NCBI GenBank assembly: GCA_937903035.1
Contig: CALCZP010000008.1
Span: 21,551 to 85,550 of the forward strand
Length of the DNA: 64,000 bases
Direction: 5' to 3'
Source: an uncultured bacterium
GTDB taxonomy: Bacteria; Patescibacteriota; Minisyncoccia; Phycocordibacterales; UBA9973
The notes below the pieces were generated by a model, which was given only the letters and a program-made list of their open reading frames with translations, ran no database searches and was not told where the DNA came from. Numbering within the stretch: position 1 is the stretch's first letter; every line of letters starts with the position of its first letter. Shown piece after piece: positions 56,707 to 64,000 of the stretch. A program made the translations under genes and the position numbers.

Positions 56707-57717
56707 TTAGTTAGCAACAGGCTTTGGAAATAGTGGATAGAACTCAGGATCGATAGTGCGATCGTAGCATGTGCGACCAGTTTCATGGTCCCATGATTCG
56801 GTACTTGATCCATCAGGATACGGCATTGTTGATACAGCGACATCGTTCATCAATGTACCACCATACCCACGCTGCTGATCTATCCAACCTTCTGGCATTG
56901 GTAGTGCAAAGGTCGCACAAAGCTTGAATGACTTGTCTCCTGTTTTGGTGTATTCATAGTTCATACCTTTTTGAAATTCGGGATCACGCGGCACTATGTA
57001 GCTTGAGATTGGATTACGCAATACGGCAAGATCTAGAGGAAGTTCTTGTTTCTGCTGCCAGTAACTAATGATCTGCCACTGAAGTGATTGCAAATCCTCA
57101 ACGCGTCGCTGATCAAGTCTGAGCTTACGCTGACTCATCGGACTACCGATCACGCAAAAGCTCCAGATGATCATCCCAAGTGCAAGCAATACAGCTATAC
57201 TAGCGAACCATCGTGCACAGGTATCTACGACAGATGCTTCACGTTTAAGCTCACGAATGAAATACCATCCTGCAAGTCCTGCAACGATGAGTGCAAGAAG
57301 GACTTTCAAGATAAACCGAATCGTAATTTCTCCAGAAACAAAGTACTTCACGAGTGTGACCAGATCAGCAACAATCGTTACTGTCGCTAAAAAGAGTACA
57401 AGATAGATAGCCCACCGACGTACAGCGTCATCCAAGTGACCAAGTGTCCCAGTCATGGCCTTACGCCAATATCGAGTCACGACGAGAAATACCGGAAGTA
57501 TAATGATCAGAAGCGCCATTGATTGACGAATGCCATCATAGGCATACGACATATATCCTTGCTGATAGCTTGCGGTCAGCACATCGGGAAATGCCTGATC
57601 AAGTGTTGCAAATGAGAGTGACAGGAATGCTGAAACACTGGTAATCAGCGATATTAAAACACCGAGTGATAAGAAGAAAAATAGCGGCGAAAGCTTTGTT
57701 GATGGTTGCATCAACAA
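56707..57717 (-). CDS. Polytopic membrane hypothetical protein (336 aa)
   Basis: Five or six TM helices then a soluble C-terminal domain; no motif recognised. Confidence 0.5.
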   Translation of the reverse strand: MLMQPSTKLSPLFFFLSLGVLISLITSVSAFLSLSFATLDQAFPDVLTASYQQGYMSYAYDGIRQSMALLIIILPVFLVVTRYWRKAMTGTLGHLDDAVRRWAIYLVLFLATVTIVADLVTLVKYFVSGEITIRFILKVLLALIVAGLAGWYFIRELKREASVVDTCARWFASIAVLLALGMIIWSFCVIGSPMSQRKLRLDQRRVEDLQSLQWQIISYWQQKQELPLDLAVLRNPISSYIVPRDPEFQKGMNYEYTKTGDKSFKLCATFALPMPEGWIDQQRGYGGTLMNDVAVSTMPYPDGSSTESWDHETGRTCYDRTIDPEFYPLFPKPVAN

Positions 57718-57794
57718 ATTATAGCAGAGTCGCTACCCCCTATCGCATACTTGACAAGTATGTTTATTTGTTCTAAGGTAAAGCAAACGTTTTT

Positions 57795-58253
57795 ATGAGA
57801 CACATTCAGACACTTCTCGAAGATCCTGGATTCACCTCTTTTCATTCTGTCGTTCGTTCTGCAATTGTTGAGCTCTTTTACTACGAGACAGCATACATGA
57901 AAGGTACTGAAAGTTATTTTCTCCTTAGAAGCGAAGATACTGAAGATATACTTATCAATAAAAAATCTCTTGCGATCAAATCAATCCTTCTAGTTATTAG
58001 CAATCCGTTCATACAAGTTGCACAAACTAGAGTACAACTTGTATTGCGTACAATACTAGAAAAAGCAGGAGAGCGTTTGATTGAAAAAGATGTTTTTAGA
58101 TCAATCGAAGACTTCGGGAACTTTATGTACACCCCTTTCTATATAAGGAAAAAACATCTCCTTATGAATAGAATTTTTCAAGAAATTGCAAACGTACTTA
58201 GAGAAGAAAGTACATTCAAAATCTTTACACTGTATGCAGTGAAAACCGCCTAA
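57795..58253 (+). CDS. Hypothetical protein (152 aa), AT-rich
   Basis: ORF only. Confidence 0.4.
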   Translation: MRHIQTLLEDPGFTSFHSVVRSAIVELFYYETAYMKGTESYFLLRSEDTEDILINKKSLAIKSILLVISNPFIQVAQTRVQLVLRTILEKAGERLIEKDVFRSIEDFGNFMYTPFYIRKKHLLMNRIFQEIANVLREESTFKIFTLYAVKTA

Positions 58254-58286
58254 ATATCCCTACACTTTATATAGTGCGGGGATTTT

Positions 58287-59246
58287 TTATTTCTTACTAT
58301 TGATCACACTCGTGACAAATTCTTTGAGACTACTTCCTACCGCATCGAGTGCTACCAAAAACGGTGAGTTGTCATGGAGGTGTGGTTGCGTATCCATTTC
58401 GATAAACCAGACCTTGCCGCGACTATCGATAATAAATTCGCTCTGTGAGTAATCCTCTGCGCCAAACATGTGATGGAGTCGCATTGCGAGTGCTGCCGCC
58501 TGCTCACGCTCACTCGGTGAGAGACTACCACCTGCAACAGCGTACTCCTCAGTACTACTGCGGATGTCATGATGGAGCACTCCACGAGCTGGAGACTTGA
58601 TTTCAACAGCAGGGAGTACGTACGTATCTTTGTTGCGGAAATTATTGATCACCCCGACTGCCGCTTCCCTTCCATAAATATATTGCTCGACAATAAAAGG
58701 CTCCTGATGCGAGACCGACTCCTCCACCATCATCGCAAGATCAAGTGCCGTGAATGCAAAATGCGTGTTGACTGACGCGCCTCCCGTGAGTGGCTTCATC
58801 ACCCATGGTGGTGCCATGTGCTGATAGATGCGTTGCGTGATCTCTGAGACACTTTCGGTGCCGTCAGGAATGACGAGGAGTGACTCGGGTGTATTGATAC
58901 CGAGTGACTTCGCAGCTTCTTTCGCAGTCTGCTTGTTAAATGCGAGTCCAGATGCGAGGGCGCCACTGCCGGTATAGGGAATACCATAGTCATCAAGGAG
59001 ACGTGAGAGCTTGCCGTCCTCACCAAACTCACCATGAAGCGCGTTCCATACGGCATCCACACTTGCAGTGGCCTTTTCCATATCGGCAGGCACACCTTTG
59101 ATGTGAAGTACACCATCTTTGTCGAGCAGCATATCAATCGCCTCAAAGCCGGCATCCATAAGTGCCTTCTGAACGTTTGCACCAGTCTTCAAAGAAAAAT
59201 GATATTCGGGACTGATCCCTCCGCGAATGATACCGATGCGTTGCAT
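58287..59246 (-). CDS. ddl: D-alanine--D-alanine ligase (ATP-grasp)
   Basis: N-terminal IGIIRGGISPEYHFSLKTG, ATP-grasp core with HGEFGEDG, C-terminal ...WFIEMDTQPHL. Confidence 0.8.
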   Translation of the reverse strand: MQRIGIIRGGISPEYHFSLKTGANVQKALMDAGFEAIDMLLDKDGVLHIKGVPADMEKATASVDAVWNALHGEFGEDGKLSRLLDDYGIPYTGSGALASGLAFNKQTAKEAAKSLGINTPESLLVIPDGTESVSEITQRIYQHMAPPWVMKPLTGGASVNTHFAFTALDLAMMVEESVSHQEPFIVEQYIYGREAAVGVINNFRNKDTYVLPAVEIKSPARGVLHHDIRSSTEEYAVAGGSLSPSEREQAAALAMRLHHMFGAEDYSQSEFIIDSRGKVWFIEMDTQPHLHDNSPFLVALDAVGSSLKEFVTSVINSKK

Positions 59247-59253
59247 GCGATAA

Positions 59254-60498
59254 TTATAGCATTGCTTTTGATCTTCGTACTTTGTGGAATGTCAGCGCAA
59301 AGCGATGTGACTCTGCGTTTGCAAGCAAGATAGCGTATTTGTTTTGTTCGATGAGTTCCTGCGGACCGGAGACGGACTTGGGACGGTGACGTTCATCTTT
59401 GGTGACCGCAATGATCGGAATGTTGAGTGCAAGATCCTTGAGTACTGACTCCGCAGCATTCACCTGAATAGCATTTCCGTCCACGATGATTGCGTTTGGA
59501 TACGACCATTCGGTATGCGCAAGGCGACGAGTGAGGACCTCTCGAAGTGCACCTGCATCGTTTGCCTTGTCGAAGCCTTTGATAGTGAACTTGCGATATT
59601 CATTTTTGTTCGCAACTGCATTTTCAACCACCGTCATCACGCCGACCATGTTGGTGCCAGAGAGATGGGCAATGTCATATGCCTCGAGACGAAACACTTG
59701 CTCATGTCTCGTTGATACGAGGTCACGCTTGATAAGTGACACATCCTGGATATGCTCGAGTGCAAAGACTTTCTGCTTGAGTTCATTCGCTGCTTCAAAT
59801 TTCTCTGCGTTCGCCGCCTTCATCATGTCGCGCTTGAGATCTGCGATGAGTTGACGGAGCTTGCCACCAAAGATGAGCTTGAGTCGGGTGATTGTTTTCT
59901 TGTACTGCTTGGCAGCTTCAGACGACGTCACATCTGGCGCAAGTCCGATCTGTCGATAAAACACGGTATTATCTTTCTTGGATGAGGCGAGATCACGAAA
60001 TGGAAAGATCTTGCGGAGGATCTTGAGTGCTTCACGAATACTACTACCACTTGGGTACGGACCATAGACTGCATCGTAGCTCACCTGCTTTGCCGAACGA
60101 GGAAGGTGCACGGTCTTTGCTTTTGTATCAATATCTTTTTGTCTGACGAGTACTATTTGTGGAAACTCTTCACGGGTAATAGCCACACAGTTGAAACTTT
60201 TGTCATCTTTTTCCTTGGTGTTGTAGTAGGGCGCATGTTTCTTGATCAGGTTTGCTTCCAAAATAAGTGCCTCAAGTGCATTCATCGTCTCCTGATACTC
60301 GACGGTTGCAGCCGTAAATACCATATCCACAATATGTGCTCCGCGTGTCTTGATCACATCAGGAGAAAAGTAGCTGCGCACTCGGTCACGGAGACTGGTC
60401 GCCTTGCCAATATAAAGAATCTTTCCTCCCTCATCACACCAAACATACACGCCAGGCGTGTCAGGAAAATCCAATTTGTCGAAGTCTTGACGAATCAT
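59254..60498 (-). CDS. uvrC: UvrC-like excinuclease (GIY-YIG N-terminal domain; short, 414 aa, no obvious C-terminal HhH)
   Basis: FPDTPGVYVWCDEGGKILYIGKATSLRDRVRSYF is a canonical GIY-YIG/UvrC N-terminus; UvrB-interaction-like helix; RNase-H-like endonuclease region. Confidence 0.65.
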   Translation of the reverse strand: MIRQDFDKLDFPDTPGVYVWCDEGGKILYIGKATSLRDRVRSYFSPDVIKTRGAHIVDMVFTAATVEYQETMNALEALILEANLIKKHAPYYNTKEKDDKSFNCVAITREEFPQIVLVRQKDIDTKAKTVHLPRSAKQVSYDAVYGPYPSGSSIREALKILRKIFPFRDLASSKKDNTVFYRQIGLAPDVTSSEAAKQYKKTITRLKLIFGGKLRQLIADLKRDMMKAANAEKFEAANELKQKVFALEHIQDVSLIKRDLVSTRHEQVFRLEAYDIAHLSGTNMVGVMTVVENAVANKNEYRKFTIKGFDKANDAGALREVLTRRLAHTEWSYPNAIIVDGNAIQVNAAESVLKDLALNIPIIAVTKDERHRPKSVSGPQELIEQNKYAILLANAESHRFALTFHKVRRSKAML

Positions 60499-60531
60499 AA
60501 ATGCAGTGTAGTATAACAGAAAATACTATTT

Positions 60532-60753
60532 ATGAAACAGCTCTTTATCGCCTTGATATTAATGGGAATAATCTCTACCTATTTATTGTTTTGTATTGGG
60601 CCATCGCTAACAATTTGGACAAATTATGGCCAAAATAACACTCGAAATTTTGTAATCATAATTGTTCTAATAATTATTGTTAAACCTCTTGCTTGGATTA
60701 TATGCTCTATCACAAAATTAGTAGCTCCTGAAAAAGAAAATTACTCCATATAA
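60532..60753 (+). CDS. Small membrane protein (73 aa)
   Basis: ORF, 2 TM, AT-rich. Confidence 0.3.
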   Translation: MKQLFIALILMGIISTYLLFCIGPSLTIWTNYGQNNTRNFVIIIVLIIIVKPLAWIICSITKLVAPEKENYSI

Positions 60754-60850
60754 TTATCTAGTTCCTGTTTCGGCAGGAGCTTTTTTATTAAGTGAATAGG
60801 TAAATAGATATATTTATTCCACCAAACATATCATCAACTTCCTACATTTC

Positions 60851-60888
60851 ACATACTCAAACTGAGCGATAGCAGAATTTGAGTATAG
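60851..60888. repeat. Copy A of a 38-nt hairpin-forming direct repeat (acatactcaaactgagcgatagcagaatttgagtatag), 3 nt past the stop of the 60892-61404 gene
   Basis: 30/38 identical to copy B; internal IR TACTCAAA / TTTGAGTA. Confidence 0.6.
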
Positions 60889-60891
60889 AGA

Positions 60892-61404
60892 TCAGTGATG
60901 TAATTCCTTGCGTTGGTTTTTTGCAAGTTTAAATGTTTTGATACATTTTTTGAGACCTATGGTTTGAAGGTATAGTATAAATTCTTTGGGAAGTGGCGAT
61001 GGACCTAGCCAAACGCTTCGTTGAATCATATTGTAGCCAAACTGTTTGAGATGCAAACGAAACCACTCACGCTCTGCCTTGCGATCCTCAGGAATATCAA
61101 ATATGACCAGTAGATCGTTTAGTTGATTACGTACAACCGGTCGAGAAAACAGTTCTAAACGTGTGAGTCGAGACTCCACAGCCGACCTCTTATTTCTATA
61201 CAACATAATACTATCTGTACCCTTACGCCTAATATATCCTTGCTTCTGAAGGCGATATAGTGCATTTGCAACTGATTGGGTTTTGCATGAAAAAAGAATT
61301 GGTAGACCAAGCATACTTACTGGAACACCTTTGTATCTATATTTTGGTTCGAGAAGTAATTTCAATAATTTATCTTCTATACTCAATTTACGCGATAGCA
61401 TCAT
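60892..61404 (-). CDS. PaaX-like / Cas2-fold winged-helix regulator (170 aa)
   Basis: N-terminal wHTH (ANALYRLQKQGYIRRKG); LLVIFDIPEDRKAEREWFRLHLKQFGYNMIQRSVWLGPSP resembles the PaaX middle domain and the Cas2 fold; no CRISPR array or cas1 in the window. Confidence 0.5.
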   Translation of the reverse strand: MMLSRKLSIEDKLLKLLLEPKYRYKGVPVSMLGLPILFSCKTQSVANALYRLQKQGYIRRKGTDSIMLYRNKRSAVESRLTRLELFSRPVVRNQLNDLLVIFDIPEDRKAEREWFRLHLKQFGYNMIQRSVWLGPSPLPKEFILYLQTIGLKKCIKTFKLAKNQRKELHH

Positions 61405-61414
61405 TTGAGTATAG
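61377..61414. repeat. Copy B of the 38-nt hairpin-forming direct repeat (ctatactcaatttacgcgatagcatcatttgagtatag), overlapping the first 9 codons of the 60892-61404 gene
   Basis: See copy A. Confidence 0.6.
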
Positions 61415-61504
61415 GAAATACGCTATCAAATAAATCTAAAGATTAAAACTGTCAAAGTATTGACGAATCATAAATACAATGTAATATAATAGAAAATAAT
61501 TTAT

Positions 61505-61837
61505 ATGAAAATAGAAGACATTATGATTGATGACTGGCATAAAGCTGGTCAGGACATTATTATCCTTGGTCCAGATTGCGAGGAAGAACTCGATACTTTT
61601 GATTTAAACAAAAGTATCGAGGAAAAACTAATAGCTGATTTGGTTCAAAAAGCAAATAAGCAAAACATTGCTATTGAATTAAAAAATGGGAAACTTTTTG
61701 TAAATTCTTCTGAGTTAAACAAGGCAGTAAAATTTTTGAAAGAAAATAGTGTATTTGTCTCAAAAAATGATGAAGATATTTCTGAAGCAAGAAGTAGTGG
61801 ATGTATTCCAGATCCAGGCAATTTGGGAGTATATTAA
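61505..61837 (+). CDS. Hypothetical acidic protein (110 aa), AT-rich
   Basis: ORF only. Confidence 0.4.
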   Translation: MKIEDIMIDDWHKAGQDIIILGPDCEEELDTFDLNKSIEEKLIADLVQKANKQNIAIELKNGKLFVNSSELNKAVKFLKENSVFVSKNDEDISEARSSGCIPDPGNLGVY

Positions 61838-61871
61838 ATTATAAAGCTTAGTACCGAACGGGAACGGCTTT

Positions 61872-62510
61872 TTATTTTTTCAAAATTTGCATCAACGGAT
61901 CTTCTTCCTTTTTATACCCTCTTGCCTTCCCTTCTTTGCGTCCATACTCTTTGATCGCATAGCCGGCGCGTTTCCAATCTTTCTTGGGAATGATCTGCAG
62001 CAAGTCTTGCTCGATCTTGGACGCGTCAGTCGCCTTGGTGAGGCTGAACCGCTTCACAAATCTGATCACATGCGTATCTACCGGTATGCCATATGGCGTA
62101 TCGACGAGATTGGTCATCACTGCAATCGCTGTCTTTCTCCCCACCCCAGAGAGTGTCTGCAGTTTGTCGATATCAAGCGGCACTTCACCACCAAATTCTT
62201 TGACAAGTAACTCTGCAGTCTTTTTGAGATAGCCTGCTTTCATTCTGAAATAATTCACCTTTTGCACATAGGGTTGTATCTCAACAACCGAAGCCTTTGC
62301 CATCACTTGTGGTGTTGGATATTTCTTGAAAAGCTCGGGTGTAATTTTGTTCACCAGTTCGTCAGTCGTCTGCGCAGAAAGTATGACTGCAACAAGGAGC
62401 TCCCACGGATTGCGATAGTCAAGAAACGTCTTGTCACGTTTATACTGTTTCAGCAGCACGGGAGCGATGGTACGCCATATCTCTTGTTGTTGTAGGTAGC
62501 TCTTTTGCAT
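61872..62510 (-). CDS. nth: Endonuclease III-like HhH-GPD DNA glycosylase, apparently without the C-terminal 4Fe-4S Cys cluster; start at MQKSYL
   Basis: LLVAVILSAQTTDELVNKITPELF..., HhH-GPD motif LQTLSGVGRKTAIAVM...VDTHVIRF; C-terminus lacks C-x6-C-x2-C-x5-C. Confidence 0.75.
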   Translation of the reverse strand: MQKSYLQQQEIWRTIAPVLLKQYKRDKTFLDYRNPWELLVAVILSAQTTDELVNKITPELFKKYPTPQVMAKASVVEIQPYVQKVNYFRMKAGYLKKTAELLVKEFGGEVPLDIDKLQTLSGVGRKTAIAVMTNLVDTPYGIPVDTHVIRFVKRFSLTKATDASKIEQDLLQIIPKKDWKRAGYAIKEYGRKEGKARGYKKEEDPLMQILKK

Positions 62511-62520
62511 AGTGTCTCTA

Positions 62521-63894
62521 CTAGAGGGCACCAAATCGACGCTTTGTTTCTTGCGCCTCGGTACGATGGTCACACATCGGCGCCGGATATCCATTGAGTC
62601 TGCGCGCCACACCTTCTGGATCATGGATTTCTTTTGGACTCAATGATGCGATCTCAGGTACCCATTTTTTGATGTACACACAATCCGCATCAAATTTCTC
62701 CTGTTGGAGCCATGGGTTGAAAATACGAAACCATGGTGATGCATCACAGCCTGTCCCTGCCACCCACTGCCAGTTGCCGTTGTTGACCGCAGGGTCGTAG
62801 TCCGTGAGCATCTGCGCAAAGTGTCGCTCACCCCACTGCCAGTTGATATGCAGATCCTTGATGAGAAATGACGCAACAATCATGCGGACACGGTTGTGCA
62901 TGTACCCCGTCTGTGCAAGCTCACGCATGCCGGCATCAACAATTGGAAACCCAGTCTCACCTTTTTTCCATTTCTCAAACTGCAGCTCATCAGTATTCCA
63001 CTCAAGTGCATCAAATGTACTTTTGTACGCGCCTGTATATACATGCGGCGCAAGTGCTGCAATCGTGGTGAAAAAGTCATGCCAGAGTAGCTCGCGCAAG
63101 AATGTCGTCGGTGTCGGCATATGAAGCGTTGCATACTGATAGATCTCGCGGATCGAAAGCGTCCCAAACTTGATATGGGCTGAGAGCAGTGACGTCGCAT
63201 CAATCGCAGGAAAATCTCGCTCTTGTGCATATGCGCTTTTGTGCGGGAGTTTCTTGAGGAGCTCTTTTGCATGAGTGCGACCACCGACTACTCGAAGTGT
63301 TTGTTTGATGGGAACAAGCTGACTCACAACCGCATCAATCGCAACACCTTGTGGATGTGTCATAAACGAAACGGTAGACGGGAGCTTTTTGGGCAAAGGT
63401 ATCGATAGTGCTTCAAGTGCGACACGGTAGTGAGTGTAGACACTATAGGGTTTGCCTTCTTTGGTCACGATTGTTCCTGGTGCATGGAGCGTCACATCGT
63501 GCTCAGCAATCACCGACACTTCATACTTTTTGCATATTTCATCGATTACACCGTCACGCATATGTGCAAATGGCGTGTAGTCTTTGTTGTACGAAAGTGC
63601 AGACGGCTGTACTTCCTTGATCAAGGTTTCAAGTACTTCTTCTGCAATACCAGTTCGCACATGAAGCACCACTCCCTTTTGTTGAAGCGCACGATCAAGA
63701 TCCACAAGTGACTCACCGAGCATCTGAAGCCCTGGCATACTTCGATACGGATGCTCACCTATCTGCCGCTCATCAAAGATAAATACCGGCAGTACTTCAT
63801 CAACGGTTTGAACAAGCGCATTAAGGGCAGTGTTATCCTCAAGGCGCAAATCCCGGCGAAATACATGGATACCGAGTGACTTTGAATGATTCAT
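62521..63894 (-). CDS. phrB: Deoxyribodipyrimidine photolyase (CPD photolyase/cryptochrome family)
   Basis: N-terminal FRRDLRLEDNTAL; FAD-binding domain GFPIVDAGMRELAQTGYMHNRVRMIVASFLIKDL...NGNWQWVAGTGCDASPWFRIFNP. Confidence 0.9.
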   Translation of the reverse strand: MNHSKSLGIHVFRRDLRLEDNTALNALVQTVDEVLPVFIFDERQIGEHPYRSMPGLQMLGESLVDLDRALQQKGVVLHVRTGIAEEVLETLIKEVQPSALSYNKDYTPFAHMRDGVIDEICKKYEVSVIAEHDVTLHAPGTIVTKEGKPYSVYTHYRVALEALSIPLPKKLPSTVSFMTHPQGVAIDAVVSQLVPIKQTLRVVGGRTHAKELLKKLPHKSAYAQERDFPAIDATSLLSAHIKFGTLSIREIYQYATLHMPTPTTFLRELLWHDFFTTIAALAPHVYTGAYKSTFDALEWNTDELQFEKWKKGETGFPIVDAGMRELAQTGYMHNRVRMIVASFLIKDLHINWQWGERHFAQMLTDYDPAVNNGNWQWVAGTGCDASPWFRIFNPWLQQEKFDADCVYIKKWVPEIASLSPKEIHDPEGVARRLNGYPAPMCDHRTEAQETKRRFGAL

Positions 63895-63910
63895 AAGCTA
63901 CTATTGTACT

Positions 63911-64000
63911 ATGAAAATATCCGAGGTACTGAAAGTCTCACGCCCCCGTTTTTGGCTCTATGAAGCAGCAACATTTGGCCTTGTTGGCACCGTTGCTGCA
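63911..64000 (+). CDS. 5' end of a gene (MKISEVLKVSRPRFWLYEAATFGLVGTVAA...), possibly UbiA-family prenyltransferase; continues beyond window
   Basis: ATG at 63911; RPxFWLY-type N-terminus then a TM helix. Confidence 0.3.
   Translation, partial: MKISEVLKVSRPRFWLYEAATFGLVGTVAA

Noticed and set aside
60892-61404. Cas2-like core (LVIFDIPEDRKAEREWF...) suggesting a CRISPR locus
   Set aside because: No repeat-spacer array, cas1 or other cas genes in the window; an N-terminal wHTH fits PaaX-like regulators better

Overview
This 64 kb window is densely packed with mostly housekeeping genes from a small-genome bacterium. Protein signatures are consistent with a reduced CPR/Patescibacteria-like lineage (archaeal-type short AspRS, short ValRS, no ftsA beside ftsZ, many small secreted and membrane proteins), but that is inference. 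I called about 75 CDS, 5 tRNAs (Ile-GAT, Glu-TTC, Val-GAC, Phe-GAA, Arg-CCT) and a partial tRNA-Phe 3' fragment. Functional groups are translation (release factor C-terminus, RsmI, L9, L27, L21, LepA, AspRS, TrpRS, CysRS, ValRS, LeuRS, MnmA, TsaD), a partial dcw cell-wall cluster (mraY-ftsW-murG, with MurJ, Ddl, MltG, FtsZ and an FtsB/DivIC-like gene elsewhere), replication and repair (DnaB, RecR, LexA, DnaQ-like exonuclease, UvrC-like, Nth-like, photolyase) and stress and redox (Hsp20, TrxB, glutaredoxin-like, PrsW, CorA). Regulatory signals visible in the sequence include a Cheo-type LexA box inside a near-consensus sigma-70 promoter feeding a small-ORF/lexA operon, a T-box leader upstream of aspS, many hairpin terminators and several large inverted repeats. 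The best candidates for accessory or novel content are listed here. (1) A tRNA-Arg/tRNA-Phe-flanked AT-rich island with a standalone RNAP alpha-CTD-like protein and a perfectly palindromic divergent promoter. (2) An AT-rich gene fusing an atypical receiver-like domain to a DnaA domain-IV-like HTH, 4 kb from an orphan histidine kinase that sits in an operon with a 622-aa Glu-less ALDH-superfamily protein. (3) A small AT-rich cassette between uvrC-like and nth in which a PaaX/Cas2-fold gene is bracketed by 38-bp hairpin-forming direct repeats. (4) Nested long inverted repeats immediately after ftsZ. All product calls rest on my reading of the translated ORFs for motifs; no database search was run.
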